A stretch of DNA of 64,000 nt from Bdellovibrionota bacterium (GCA_041739995.1 JBGSMV010000009.1:1-64000), one strand, 5' to 3'. Positions 8,838 through 19,119 are shown, counted from the first letter of the stretch. A program made the numbers and translations. The notes: a model not told the origin generated them from the sequence alone.

Positions 8838-10766
8838 TTAGTGGTGCGACAACCCCAGCAACTGGCACAGCCTCTTGCCCGCCGCGAGCCCACGGTGAGC
8901 ACTTTCCCCTACGGCACCGGTAGTGCTTGAACCGTCGTCAGTGGGAGGAAGATGCAATGCATTCTTGGCGTCAAGCATCAATCCGCTTGCAGCTATCCAG
9001 GCGTCTTCGGCCGGCCACAGTACTCGGTCAGCGGGAAGTGCACGAACAAGCTCTAGCACTCCCTCTCGAATGCCTTCTACGTCGAGCCCCGGATCTGCGT
9101 CACCTAAAGGAGCGATTACTAGCCAATCTGGCTTCGCTATTAACGAGAGGCGTTTCGCATCTGTCGCTGACTCAACGCCGTATTCGAGTACCAATACTTC
9201 AGGCTTCTTCGTCTTCGAGAACGACTGAGAAACTATTCGAGTGAGAAGAGCGAGCTTCTCCTTGAATGGAGATGAGCGAGAGACACTAAGCAAGGGGACA
9301 TTGAGAATCGAGAGCGGCAGCCCAAGCTCGGTGTTATAAGAGAGTACCGAGCCTCGAGCGGCGCACCAGCTGCGCAATGATTCAACAATGGAGCGCTTGA
9401 TGACGGTTTTGCCCCGAATGCCCGCAATCGCTACGACGGTAGGTCGATTACGGTGTACCCAAAACTTAGCTGCTGACCCGAGCACTAATTGAGCCAGCGA
9501 CCTCATGAGGGGTTTCGAGCGTGTTGGTTTTTTGGAGGGAGCCTCGCGCTCAATCCGGCGACGCTCTCCCAGAGAGCGGTTGAAATACTCTTCTAACCGG
9601 GTCAGACCCTCACGAAGGTCTTCCCACTCGCGCCCGTAGCTAATGCGTAAATGCTGTTCTCCGGAAGGTCCAAAAGCGATGCCGGGCACTAGTGCCAGCT
9701 TTGATTTCTCAAGAATGTCATAGGCAAGCCGAGTGCTATCCCTTGCCATGGGCACCAGGTCTTTCACACGAGGAAAAACAAAGTAAGTTGCTTTGGGTAA
9801 CTGATAGTCTAGCGCGTGGGACATGCAATCCAAACGCTCGATAGTAAAGTCTCTACGGCGCTTAAACTCATCTTTGAATTCTCTTAAATAATCATCGCAG
9901 AATCTCAGTGCTGCGATTGCCGCATATTGAGAAATTACCGGAGCACAGGTCACCATTGCGTCATGGTACTTTACGATTGGACTGACGCGGTGTTTGGCTG
10001 AGTGTAGAAAACCAACTCGCCAGCCCGTCATGGCGTAGGCTTTAGAGAACGAACATACGCGAATAACTCGGTCGCGTGCTTCAGGAATAGAGCAGGGCGT
10101 AAAATGCTTGTCGGCGGTGTAGTAAAAGTCTTTGTATACTTCATCGATCAACACGGTCAGGTCGTGTTGATCGGCAAGTGCAATCAATGCCCTGGTATTC
10201 TCCTCAGAAAAGAGAGTGCCAGTAGGATTATTAGGACTGCAATACAATAGCACCTTCGTACGAGGAGTGATTGCGCGCGCGATACGCTCGATCTGAAAAT
10301 CGAAATTATTTTCTTCGTCCAGCTCAAAGAATTTAGGAATGCAACGCGCTACTCCGATGGCTCCAAGATAGGAAGCATAGGTCGGCGAGGGGAGCAGGAC
10401 TTCGTCTCCTGCCTGAGTGTTGGCAAGCAGGCTGGCGGTGATGCCTTCGATGGAGCCTGCGGTGACCAATATCTCAGAGTCGGGATCATAGCGCAGACCC
10501 TCCTTGCTCAATGAGCTTGAAATTTCTTCACGCAGTTCTGTGAGTCCCGTGGTGAGGGAGTACTTGTCGGTTAAGCCTAAGCGCATCTGCTCGGTAACAT
10601 AGTCTTTAATGGCTTGTGGCGTTCGAAAGCTAGGGATTCCCTGAGCAAGGGAGACGGCGCCAGGAATTTTCGCTGCGGCAAGTTCTATGGCCTTGATGGG
10701 TGAGAGCTGGAAGCTGCCTCTATCAGATAGGGCACCTCTGAGTACTGATTCTGCAAGGGATGTCAT
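8838..10766 (-). CDS. Class I/II PLP aminotransferase fused to a C-terminal MurF-like (Mur ligase central) domain
   Basis: SPNNPTG, IDEVY and SFSKAYAMTGWRVG (PLP lysine). After about aa 420: VVAIAGIRGKT...SYNTELGLPLSIL...VLVLEYG...AKPD. Confidence 0.85.
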   Translation of the reverse strand: MTSLAESVLRGALSDRGSFQLSPIKAIELAAAKIPGAVSLAQGIPSFRTPQAIKDYVTEQMRLGLTDKYSLTTGLTELREEISSSLSKEGLRYDPDSEILVTAGSIEGITASLLANTQAGDEVLLPSPTYASYLGAIGVARCIPKFFELDEENNFDFQIERIARAITPRTKVLLYCSPNNPTGTLFSEENTRALIALADQHDLTVLIDEVYKDFYYTADKHFTPCSIPEARDRVIRVCSFSKAYAMTGWRVGFLHSAKHRVSPIVKYHDAMVTCAPVISQYAAIAALRFCDDYLREFKDEFKRRRDFTIERLDCMSHALDYQLPKATYFVFPRVKDLVPMARDSTRLAYDILEKSKLALVPGIAFGPSGEQHLRISYGREWEDLREGLTRLEEYFNRSLGERRRIEREAPSKKPTRSKPLMRSLAQLVLGSAAKFWVHRNRPTVVAIAGIRGKTVIKRSIVESLRSWCAARGSVLSYNTELGLPLSILNVPLLSVSRSSPFKEKLALLTRIVSQSFSKTKKPEVLVLEYGVESATDAKRLSLIAKPDWLVIAPLGDADPGLDVEGIREGVLELVRALPADRVLWPAEDAWIAASGLMLDAKNALHLPPTDDGSSTTGAVGESAHRGLAAGKRLCQLLGLSHH

Positions 10767-10922
10767 ACGGCCTACTGGGTGATGGATATTGCCTGAAAGT
10801 ATAACTGAATTACTTTGCCCGATACTAATAAACCTTGCCTAGAGAGACCACCAAACCTTCATTCCCTAGCGCCTTAAAACGCACTAGCCAATGTGCGCTC
10901 TAAGTCCGTACCATGAGGTGCT

Positions 10923-12269
10923 GTGAACCAGAACTTGCTCGATTCTCGATCCGTATCCCTATTTCGCATCGCCGTTGGACTCTTGGTGATCGCAGGCATA
11001 TGGCAACGGTGCGTCGACTTCACCTTTCTGTATGGCTCCGAGGGGGCGTTACCCGCCGAGATTCTACCCTTGGCATATGGGGCGGGCTATCCCGCGATCC
11101 CCTCAGATCAGGGATTCTGGGCTCTCATACTGGGCGTAGGAGCGCTCTCGGGCCTTGCTCTAGTGCTAGGCCGCGGCGTTCCTATTGCGTCAGGACTTTG
11201 CCTGCTCGTCTTAGGGCTCATTCACGCCAGGAATCCTTTGCTGGACTATGGAGCCGATAGAGTGCTTCGGTTTGAAGTGCTCTTTGTCTTTCTCCTTTCG
11301 CTGCGTCCGTCCTCCATGGGAGGTGCTTCTCGCAGCGCGAAGATCCTAAACCTCCTGGTGGAGGGTGCTCTAGTCCTGCAGCTTTGCGCCATTTATGTAG
11401 ACTCTGTTCAAAGCCGCGACTTTGACGCCTGGTGGTGGCGAGCGAGTGCATTACGTGCGGCCTTGCATTTAGATTATCTCGCCACTCCGTTTGGTCGCTG
11501 GGTTGCTGAAATCGATTTCATCACCGAAATGAGCACACGCGCTGCGCTACTCTTCGAACTCTTCGTCCCCTTTCTCATAGTCGGACTCTGGCGTTTCTGG
11601 CGAGCTCGAGTGCTCTTGCTTGCTAGCCTCGTACTCTTTCACAGCATGATAGCGGCGACCCTTGGTCTCTTCTACTTTGCCTGCATCATGCTTGCTTTTT
11701 GGAGTGCGTGCCTGCCAGCAGAATTTTGGGAACGAGCGAAGCAAATGAGCTCTCGCATACCGTCGGAGTCCCTGGAAAATCTGACTGCCATCAAAGCGTT
11801 CGGGCTCCTCATTGGGTTCACGATTCTGGGACTCTCGCTACTAACTCCACGCCTTTATCCAAGCCAAAGCTCGGAGCGCGTGCCGATACTCACCGCCTTT
11901 GGGCTCTTTGAAGGCTGGGCCTTTTTCTCCCCATCTCCTTACCGCTTTGACGGTTGGTTAACAGTCGAAGTAGCAACGGCTTCAGGTGAGGTGATAGACC
12001 TGGTATCTGGAGCACGAATTCAGAACCCGACTGGCGACTTTTTTCGTAGTCTCCCGCGCGACTCATTGCGTAGAAGGCAGTTCCGCGCGCAGCTTGGGGC
12101 CATGAAGAATGAGTTTATGCTTAGGGCGTGGGCACGCAGACGCTGCAGGGAGATGGGGATTTCTGGCGCGAAAGCAGGAGAGGTAGCCTTTTGGTCTGAA
12201 GTTACCGACCACTTTGGCAAAGAGGAGCCAGTGAAGCGGGAAGTGCTGGCTCAATTTGGATGTCGTTAG
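10923..12269 (+). CDS. HTTM-domain (vitamin-K carboxylase-like) membrane protein
   Basis: LDSRSVSLFRIAVG, LYGSEGALP, ARNPLLDYGADRVLR, FHSMIAATLGLFYF and WAFFSPSP motifs. Confidence 0.8.
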   Translation: MNQNLLDSRSVSLFRIAVGLLVIAGIWQRCVDFTFLYGSEGALPAEILPLAYGAGYPAIPSDQGFWALILGVGALSGLALVLGRGVPIASGLCLLVLGLIHARNPLLDYGADRVLRFEVLFVFLLSLRPSSMGGASRSAKILNLLVEGALVLQLCAIYVDSVQSRDFDAWWWRASALRAALHLDYLATPFGRWVAEIDFITEMSTRAALLFELFVPFLIVGLWRFWRARVLLLASLVLFHSMIAATLGLFYFACIMLAFWSACLPAEFWERAKQMSSRIPSESLENLTAIKAFGLLIGFTILGLSLLTPRLYPSQSSERVPILTAFGLFEGWAFFSPSPYRFDGWLTVEVATASGEVIDLVSGARIQNPTGDFFRSLPRDSLRRRQFRAQLGAMKNEFMLRAWARRRCREMGISGAKAGEVAFWSEVTDHFGKEEPVKREVLAQFGCR

Positions 12270-12437
12270 GGGATACACCATTCAGGGTGCTCTAGGGCGG
12301 CCCCTCTTGTGGTCACGCAAACACTGAGGCTCCTGCTTCGCAAGTAAACACTGGACGCAACCTTTAATTGGTAGGGTGAATTCGCCCCCCGAATTTCGCT
12401 GGCCAACTGAGTCTATGGGGTTCTACGATGAAAGGCG

Positions 12438-13322
12438 GTGGACCCCAATCTTCTTGATCCCAGATCTCTTCGCCTGTTTCGCATTGCGGTGGGCTTGCTG
12501 ATCCTTGCGAGTATGTGGCAGCGCGTCGCTGAATTTCACCTTTTTTATGGAGAAGATGGAGCTGTGCCGGCAGGCATGCTCCATATTATCTATGGAGTGG
12601 GATATCCTTCGCTTCCGTCGGAACAGACGGTTTGGGCAATTACCATTTGTCTTGGTGCGCTGTCCGGATCCGCGCTCGTCCTCGGCTACTCCGTCCCGGT
12701 GGCTTCTGCCACTGCCTTGCTTTCGTTGTCGCTGCTTCATGCTCGAAATTCACTCATTGAGTATGGTGCTGATAGGGTATTACGCTTTGAAGCTCTCTCA
12801 GTCTTTCTGGTTTTTGTTTGTCGACAACTGATTCTATGTCGTTGTTTGCCTGGGAAGGCGTTGATCCTGCTTGTCCAAAGGACTCTGGTAGCTCAGCTCT
12901 TATATGTCCATTTGGGTACTGCGTTAAGCCGAGATGAAGGGGCCTGGTGGTGGCGGGCGAGTGCGCTGCGAGAAGCATTGTTTGATGGCTTCGAGGGAAC
13001 CTTAGCGCGAAGTGCGGGTATTAATCCGTTTCAGGTGCGTTTTGACTAAGGGCTCTTTTCCCCGATAGGCGTAGAGCTGTCTTTCTCCAATAATCATTTG
13101 GTTAGGGTCGCCGCGTACGCAGTGAGAGGCGATAAAAAGGAGTTCCTCGGGGCGGATTCCGAGGCGCTAAATGGCGACACGAGCTCGGCGCGCATTGATT
13201 TTGAGAGGCCGATCGCGGACGGGCAGAATCTTCTCCTAGAGGTGCAGGCCTTGGATGCGGATGAGAAGGGATTCGTTCATGTGTGTGAAATTCGGTTTAA
13301 GGGCGCCGAGAGTCGGGAATAG
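12438..13322 (+). pseudogene. Truncated HTTM paralog fused in frame to an unrelated beta-domain, with premature stop at 13047-13049
   Basis: First ~180 aa align with 10923 up to WWWRASALR. ORF 13098..13322 is in the same frame (offset 660 nt), separated by a single TAA. Confidence 0.65.
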
Positions 13323-13579
13323 CCCTAAATACCCTTTGGCTGCCTCGAAAAGCTGCGTGTGAGGAATTACGCTAGCTATGACTACGGGTCGAAACCTTCT
13401 TTCCGTCAACAAACGGACCTCCTAGGATACTCCCGTTATCCTATCCGATGCGGGAGTGTTTAGCGCGAATTCCGATTTTCTTGTAATGGAAGTTCGATTG
13501 AGGACGACGCGAGGCGGAGAGGGAGCGTAGAGCTTCCTTATCTTCATTAATCCTCGCTGTCTGTGACTACTGGTAAGGC

Positions 13580-16500
13580 GTGGTTTCGATGAAAGTGCAT
13601 TCACGAAGAGCTTGGGAACTCGGCACGATTGCTGGAATACTGATCGCGTCGCTTCTGCTTCGGATGCTTAACCTCTCCCACGGCCAGTCATTCCACCCCG
13701 ACGAGCGCCATATCGTCATGACGGTGACCGGGATGAGCTGGGAGAATCTAAATCCCAAAACCTTCGCCTACGGAAGTTTGCCATTCTACCTGATGTTCCT
13801 GGTGGGGAAGGGGCTCACTTCCGTTTGGGAGGGAGCTTTCTCCTACGACGGGTTGTTCCTGGTGGGCAGAGGCATTTCGGTATTCTTCGGGGTGTTGGGC
13901 GTGTGGCTCACGTACTTGTTGGGACGAAAGCTCAGTGGGCGAGAATCAGTGGGGCTTATCGCTGCTGTACTGCTGGCGGTTAACCCATTTCACATCCAAC
14001 TTTCGAGGTACGCCACCGTCGACGTTATTCTTACGACTTTTAATCTGGCTGCGTTGTTGGGCTGTGCTCAGATTGTCGCTAGTAAGGGGAAAAAGGGCCT
14101 GTGGAGCGGGGTGTTGCTCACGGCTTCAATGACGGGACTCTCGCTTTCAACGAAAATCAGCAGCCTCTCTTTGGCTCTGCCAATCTTGCTTTCATTGTGG
14201 CTCGGTTTTGGGCCTTCGCAGTTCTGGAGAAGAAAGGGTTTCTGGATTGCCATAATAGCGATACCAGCTTTGGCTCTGTTGGTGTCTTTAATCACCCAGC
14301 CATTCGCAGTTTTAGATTTTGAGACTTTTAGGGCTCACACCACTGAGCAAGTAAACATGGTGCGAGGACTCTGGCGTCCTCCGTATACGGTGCAATACGA
14401 AAACACGACGCCTTATCTGTATCACCTGCAGCAAATGTTTCAGTACACCATTGGCGCCCCGGTATTCCTGGCAGTGGTATTTGGACTTTTGATAGTTGGT
14501 AGTGACTTGGTCAAGCGTTTTGATGCGCGTTGGGTTGTGATGTTGGCCTGGGCGTTTGCCGTATTCGTTATCGTGGGGCGCTACCAGGTTAAGTTCCCGC
14601 GCTACTTCCTGCCGCTTTATCCGATTTTGTGCGTGTTTGCCGGATTTGCTTTGGTGCGCGCTTCTGATTGGTGCAAGGCCAACCGCATGCGAGGGTGGGC
14701 GGCACTTCCAGGGTCTTTGGTGCTGCTGCTTGCGACACTCTCAGGGCTGGCTTTTGTGCAGATTTATAGGCAGCCGCATGCCTACGAGCAGGCATCGCGC
14801 TGGATTTTCGACAACATTCCACGTGAGTCAAAACTGCTTGGGGTGCATTGGGATGACAAGCTGCCGCTTACACTACCCGGACTGAGTCCCCACGAGTACC
14901 GCTATCGCTACGAGACAATTCAAGACGAGCTGCCAGTCTATGAGCCGGATAGTGCGCAAAAACTTCGCACCATCACTGAGCGAATGAGTGACACGGACTA
15001 TCTGATTTTCCCAACGCCTCGCACCTATGGTTCTCTGCTGAGAGTGCAGGATGAGTTCCCGCAGACGACTCGCATGTTTCAGTTGCTTTTTGGAAATGAA
15101 CTTGGGTTCCATCTTATCTCAAGTTTTAAGGTGCGGCCTTCGTTGTTCGGTCGAACACTTAACGATGATTTGGCTGATGAAAGTTTTTATGTTTATGACC
15201 ATCCGAAGATTTTAGTTTTCGAAAATCTTGAGCACTTGTCGGCTTCGGAAATTCAACGCCGCATAGAGAGTCCACTACCGCCTCGCGAAGAATTGCCCAA
15301 TCGCAGCGCGATCGTGCTTGCTGAAGCGTGGGTGGAGGTAAGTGGGCTCGCACTTGAGCCCGCCGAGTGGTCCGAACAGCTTCGCTCGGTCGTGGTGTGG
15401 TATCTGCTCATTCAGTTGCTATCGTTGCTGAGTGTTCCGGTGATTGCTTCGATTTTTTCAAAAGCGCCTGACCGAGGGTATGCGGCCAGTAAGGCACTTG
15501 GGCTGCCACTATGGGGATTTTTCTTGTGGGGCCTTGGAGTGTTTGCGGGGTATCCGCTGAGCACCAGTACCGTGACGGTCGTGACGGTGGCGCTTGCTGT
15601 TTTGGTAGCTCAATGGATTCGTTTTAGGTGGGCCTTTATCGCGAGGCTTTTTGGGCGGCATCTGCGAGAGATCATATGGGTTGAAGCGATTTTTGGCGGC
15701 GCGTTTTTGTTGTTGCTCTTAGCGCGCGCTTTTAATCCAGAGATCTTCTGGGGCGAGAAGCCCATGGATTTTACGTTTCTTAACTTCTTTTCACGACTGG
15801 AGAGTCTTCCTCCTGATGACCCGTGGTTCTATCGACCGGGAGACGGCAGGGGCATGGGGTACTACTATCTTGGCTTCTTCTATTATGGGCAGTTGCTCAA
15901 ATTGGGAGGTATTGCTGGAGGTGTTGGATATAACCTTGGGCTCGCCACAGTGGGTGCGATGGCTATTACGGCAACGTACGGAACGGTGCTTTGGATTGTG
16001 CGTTCCAGAGTACTCGCACTCTTTGGAGCGGCGCTGCTGGTACTGTGCAGTAACTTAGACGTTCTGTATCTCTGGTTGATTGAAGGGCGAGCGGCGAATT
16101 TTGATCTGTTTTGGGCTAGCAGTCGCATGATGACGAGTCCGTCCATTACTGAGTACCCACTGTGGTCTTTGATATTCGCTGACTTCCATCCGCATGTGAT
16201 GGCTCTTCCGGTTACCGTGGCTTTGATTGGTATGGCCGTAGCGCCTCTGGTTAAAGTAGTTGAAAAGCGGGTAGTGCCTCTTGCCGCGGCGTTTACCGCA
16301 GTGGTGTGGGGCATGCTGCTTGGATTGAATTCTTGGGATGCGATCGTTTTTGGATTGCTGATCGCTTTGGCGGCAGTGGTATGGCTGCTCCAAATGTTGG
16401 CTTCAGGAGAAGTGCGCCGAGCGGGGATCTCACGTTGGATTCTAGGGCTTGTGGCGTTCGCAGTGGTTGCGTCAGTGCTTGTGGCCGCATTTTCTAGTAC

Positions 16501-17632
16501 TTCACATGAAGGCATCGAAGTGAACTGGGGCTATGTCTATTCGAATGAGTTCAACACCGTTGGCCAGGTCTTACGGCATCTTGGAATTTGGCTCTTCCCT
16601 ATAGCGTTTTGTGTGCTTGTTTTGGTGGTGGATGAGCGCAGCCTCCGAAGCTTGGGGGCGCTTATAATCTCGAGCGTCACCTGTGCCGTGGTGGTGGGTG
16701 GTGCCGTGGCGTGCAGCTACCTCAAAGGTGTGGAGGATCAGCCGTGGGGAGTGATCGGCATAGCGGCAGCGCTTGTGTTTATGGGCGCACTGTTTCTTTG
16801 TGGGGTATTGCTGCATACGGCTCGCTCAGTGGGAGGGGGGCAAGATAGTTATTTGGAGAAAATGTTGGGTGCGGACCCGCTCTCGTTTGTCCGCGATGCG
16901 AAGTTGGTGGCTGGCTTACTGCTCTTGTTCTCAGGCGTGGTGGTGCTTGGAGCTGAGCTGTTTTTCCTGATGGATCGCATGAACACGATTTTCAAGTTCT
17001 ACCTGCCGCTCTGGTCTTTTTTGGCAATTGCGACGGTGTGTTTGTTGAGTGAGGTGGGGCGGCTAAAGTCCAGCAAGATTTGGGTGCGATGGGGCACGCG
17101 CGGGTTTGTCGGAGTAGTTATCACGCTTGGATTCGCTGGTACGTTGCTGAACGCCATTGTCATGATTCCATTTGCGAGAGTGTCGGGACCGAGACCGACT
17201 TTGGATGGTTCGGCCTATTTGGAACGCCTCGACGGAGATGAGGCACGCATGGCGCGCTACCTTGGCAGCACGGTCAAAGGCACTGAGCCAATAATTGAGG
17301 CCTGGGGGAACTCGTATGGAGAGTTCACTAGAGTTTCTATGCAGACTGGACTGCCGACGGTGCTTGGGTGGGAACATCATGTATACCAGCGCGGAGCTCC
17401 GCGACGTGAGATTGAGGAACGCAAACGGGACCTGCGAGAGATCTACTCCACTCGTGATGTGGCGCGCGTGCGTGCCATTGCCAAAAAGTACGGTGCGTCA
17501 TTGATTGTAGTGGGGAATGTGGAGCGCCGCGCTTTTCAGCGATCTCCGGGCATTGTGTTCACTCCAGAGGGCGTAGAGGGACTGACGGTGGTCAAAGAGT
17601 TTGGGCCGGTGGCGGTGGTGAGGGTCGGATAG
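13580..17632 (+). CDS. GT39/PMT-like glycosyltransferase fused to DUF2298 (Chlor_Arch_YYY) membrane domain
   Basis: FHPDE and FAYGSLP GT-C motifs; WGEKPMD, PPDDPWF, MGYYYLG, ADFHPH, RMNTIFKFY and TGLPTVLGWEHH motifs; many TM helices. Confidence 0.85.
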   Translation: MVSMKVHSRRAWELGTIAGILIASLLLRMLNLSHGQSFHPDERHIVMTVTGMSWENLNPKTFAYGSLPFYLMFLVGKGLTSVWEGAFSYDGLFLVGRGISVFFGVLGVWLTYLLGRKLSGRESVGLIAAVLLAVNPFHIQLSRYATVDVILTTFNLAALLGCAQIVASKGKKGLWSGVLLTASMTGLSLSTKISSLSLALPILLSLWLGFGPSQFWRRKGFWIAIIAIPALALLVSLITQPFAVLDFETFRAHTTEQVNMVRGLWRPPYTVQYENTTPYLYHLQQMFQYTIGAPVFLAVVFGLLIVGSDLVKRFDARWVVMLAWAFAVFVIVGRYQVKFPRYFLPLYPILCVFAGFALVRASDWCKANRMRGWAALPGSLVLLLATLSGLAFVQIYRQPHAYEQASRWIFDNIPRESKLLGVHWDDKLPLTLPGLSPHEYRYRYETIQDELPVYEPDSAQKLRTITERMSDTDYLIFPTPRTYGSLLRVQDEFPQTTRMFQLLFGNELGFHLISSFKVRPSLFGRTLNDDLADESFYVYDHPKILVFENLEHLSASEIQRRIESPLPPREELPNRSAIVLAEAWVEVSGLALEPAEWSEQLRSVVVWYLLIQLLSLLSVPVIASIFSKAPDRGYAASKALGLPLWGFFLWGLGVFAGYPLSTSTVTVVTVALAVLVAQWIRFRWAFIARLFGRHLREIIWVEAIFGGAFLLLLLARAFNPEIFWGEKPMDFTFLNFFSRLESLPPDDPWFYRPGDGRGMGYYYLGFFYYGQLLKLGGIAGGVGYNLGLATVGAMAITATYGTVLWIVRSRVLALFGAALLVLCSNLDVLYLWLIEGRAANFDLFWASSRMMTSPSITEYPLWSLIFADFHPHVMALPVTVALIGMAVAPLVKVVEKRVVPLAAAFTAVVWGMLLGLNSWDAIVFGLLIALAAVVWLLQMLASGEVRRAGISRWILGLVAFAVVASVLVAAFSSTSHEGIEVNWGYVYSNEFNTVGQVLRHLGIWLFPIAFCVLVLVVDERSLRSLGALIISSVTCAVVVGGAVACSYLKGVEDQPWGVIGIAAALVFMGALFLCGVLLHTARSVGGGQDSYLEKMLGADPLSFVRDAKLVAGLLLLFSGVVVLGAELFFLMDRMNTIFKFYLPLWSFLAIATVCLLSEVGRLKSSKIWVRWGTRGFVGVVITLGFAGTLLNAIVMIPFARVSGPRPTLDGSAYLERLDGDEARMARYLGSTVKGTEPIIEAWGNSYGEFTRVSMQTGLPTVLGWEHHVYQRGAPRREIEERKRDLREIYSTRDVARVRAIAKKYGASLIVVGNVERRAFQRSPGIVFTPEGVEGLTVVKEFGPVAVVRVG

Positions 17633-17863
17633 GGCGGAGAAGGTTCGGAACGAATGAGTGGGCGTGTGCCTCTTATAACTGGCGTCCAGATTCATATGTA
17701 CCTAGGTCTACGGCGAGTGGGGTGCGACGAGCTCCAAGCTCAGCGCAGTGCCCTGTCACCCCTCGCTTCGCACTAGCTGTTCTGCAGCGGACTGCCCATC
17801 AGTGGGGGGTCAAGTGTAGTGATGTTGTTACATTGTAAGGAAGCGTCAGAATCACTTCAGTAG

Positions 17864-18244
17864 CTATTTCACCATATGCTCTTCTAACCATCGAGAAATT
17901 TCTATGAGTGGAATCTTCTTCTGTATCAGATCTACCTCGATGAAGCGCTGTCCCTTTTTCGTCTCAACCTTGAGGCGGTAGCCATTGGTACGAAGGAATA
18001 CTGCGGTGAGAGCGAATGCTACTCGTTTGTTCCCATCCACAAATGGATGATTCAAGGCAAGACTATGCATCAGCGCCGCCGCTTGTTCAGAGAGGGATTG
18101 GTAGTAGCCGGACCGCGGTCGCGCAAGCGCGCTTTCCAGGAGTCCTCGGTCAAGGAGTCCTCCTGTTCCGCCGAACTCTTTGAGTAGTAGCGCGTGCAAA
18201 AAGAGCGCTTCCTCGAGAGAGGGGAATAGCGTCTCTTTCACCAC
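17864..18244 (-). CDS. doc: Doc/Fic-family toxin
   Basis: GLLESALARP and Fic motif HPFVDGNKR. Confidence 0.92.
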   Translation of the reverse strand: MVKETLFPSLEEALFLHALLLKEFGGTGGLLDRGLLESALARPRSGYYQSLSEQAAALMHSLALNHPFVDGNKRVAFALTAVFLRTNGYRLKVETKKGQRFIEVDLIQKKIPLIEISRWLEEHMVK

Positions 18245-18251
18245 TTCTCTC

Positions 18252-18467
18252 TCACTTCGCTAGTTCCTTAAGGAGCTCACGGTGATCGTCGATCACTTCG
18301 CGTGCAGCATCACGAAATGCAGGGCGCACTTCAACTCGTTCGAGGTACTCAGCAACAGCCTGTGAAACAACTTGAGCAATTTTACTGTTATTGCGCTTGG
18401 CATATGCGCGAAGCTTATGGAGCACCTGCTTATTCAGTTTAGTGCTGAACTTTTCTGTTGTTTCCAT
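18252..18467 (-). CDS. Antitoxin partner of Doc (RHH-like N-terminus)
   Basis: KFSTKL beta strand plus helices, C-terminal RELLKELAK typical of Doc-associated antitoxins; 7 bp upstream of doc. Confidence 0.8.
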   Translation of the reverse strand: METTEKFSTKLNKQVLHKLRAYAKRNNSKIAQVVSQAVAEYLERVEVRPAFRDAAREVIDDHRELLKELAK

Positions 18468-18476
18468 AGTGGTAGG

Positions 18477-18506
18477 AGTATGTCATGACATGTCATGACA
18501 TGTCAA
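18477..18506 (-). promoter_or_regulatory. Promoter with palindromic tandem operator (TGTCATGACA)x2.5
   Basis: Minus strand TTGACA-18 bp-CATACT. The spacer is made of palindromic TGTCATGACA repeats (18481-18505). Confidence 0.7.
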
Positions 18507-18840
18507 CCTCCTTGTGAAAGACGCAGGTTCAACGCATCAGAAGCTTTCCCGAGTAGGCTAAGTGATTTGAGGCAATACGGGCTCGCCGCAGTCGATTATG
18601 AGGGAACTTCATCAAAATGAGTGAATTTGTGGCAAAAATGGGTTTGTGTGGCCACTTGTGTGCCTGAATTCACTCGATCTAGTGAAGGTTAGGCAAATTT
18701 TCCGACATCGCTGTGATGGTCCCACCGAGCTAGGAATTGGCAGTTGTTGGCCAGCGAGTTCCCGTTAAATCAGAACCTTCGTCATCCCGCGAAGTGGCGT
18801 GCCCTCTCATTAACGCGGCATCTCGCCGCCCACATGAAGC

Positions 18841-18870
18841 TTGAAATCACGGTATGACCGATGGTATGAT
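18841..18870 (+). promoter_or_regulatory. Promoter of mazEF-like operon with GGTATGA direct repeats
   Basis: TTGAAA-18 bp-TATGAT with TGn extension; ATG 6 nt after the -10; GGTATGA at 18851 and 18863. Confidence 0.6.
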
Positions 18871-18876
18871 TACCTC

Positions 18877-19119
18877 ATGAAATCCTCCAAAGTTGCCATT
18901 TCAATTGATACCCGTCTCCTTAAAAGATTAGACAGATTGGTCAAATCACGGCGTTTTGGAAGTCGAAGCGAAGCGGTTCAAATAGCAGTGACAGAAAAAA
19001 TTTCTCGATTAGAGAAGTCTCGTTTGGCGGCTGAGTGTGCAAAGTTAAATAAACGTGCTGAGCGTCGCCTTGCCGACGAGGGACTATCAGAGGACTTCGC
19101 CGAGTGGCCAGACTACTAA
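18877..19119 (+). CDS. CopG/RHH antitoxin (MazE/EndoAI-like)
   Basis: KVAISID...LDRLV...SRSEAVQIAV RHH and C-terminal LADEGL...EWPDY; overlaps the toxin. Confidence 0.88.
   Translation: MKSSKVAISIDTRLLKRLDRLVKSRRFGSRSEAVQIAVTEKISRLEKSRLAAECAKLNKRAERRLADEGLSEDFAEWPDY

Noticed and set aside
12310..12365. c-di-GMP-I riboswitch-like words (GCAAAC...GGACGCAA)
   Set aside because: No GNRA-capped P2 stem or P3 stem at the required spacing.
15883..16515. Long antisense ORFs (this one, 49243..49839, 56150..56683 and others)
   Set aside because: Shadows of well-supported genes on the opposite strand.
18781..18823. REP/RPE-like GTCATCCCGCG...CGCGGCATC
   Set aside because: Single degenerate copy in the window; cannot be supported.
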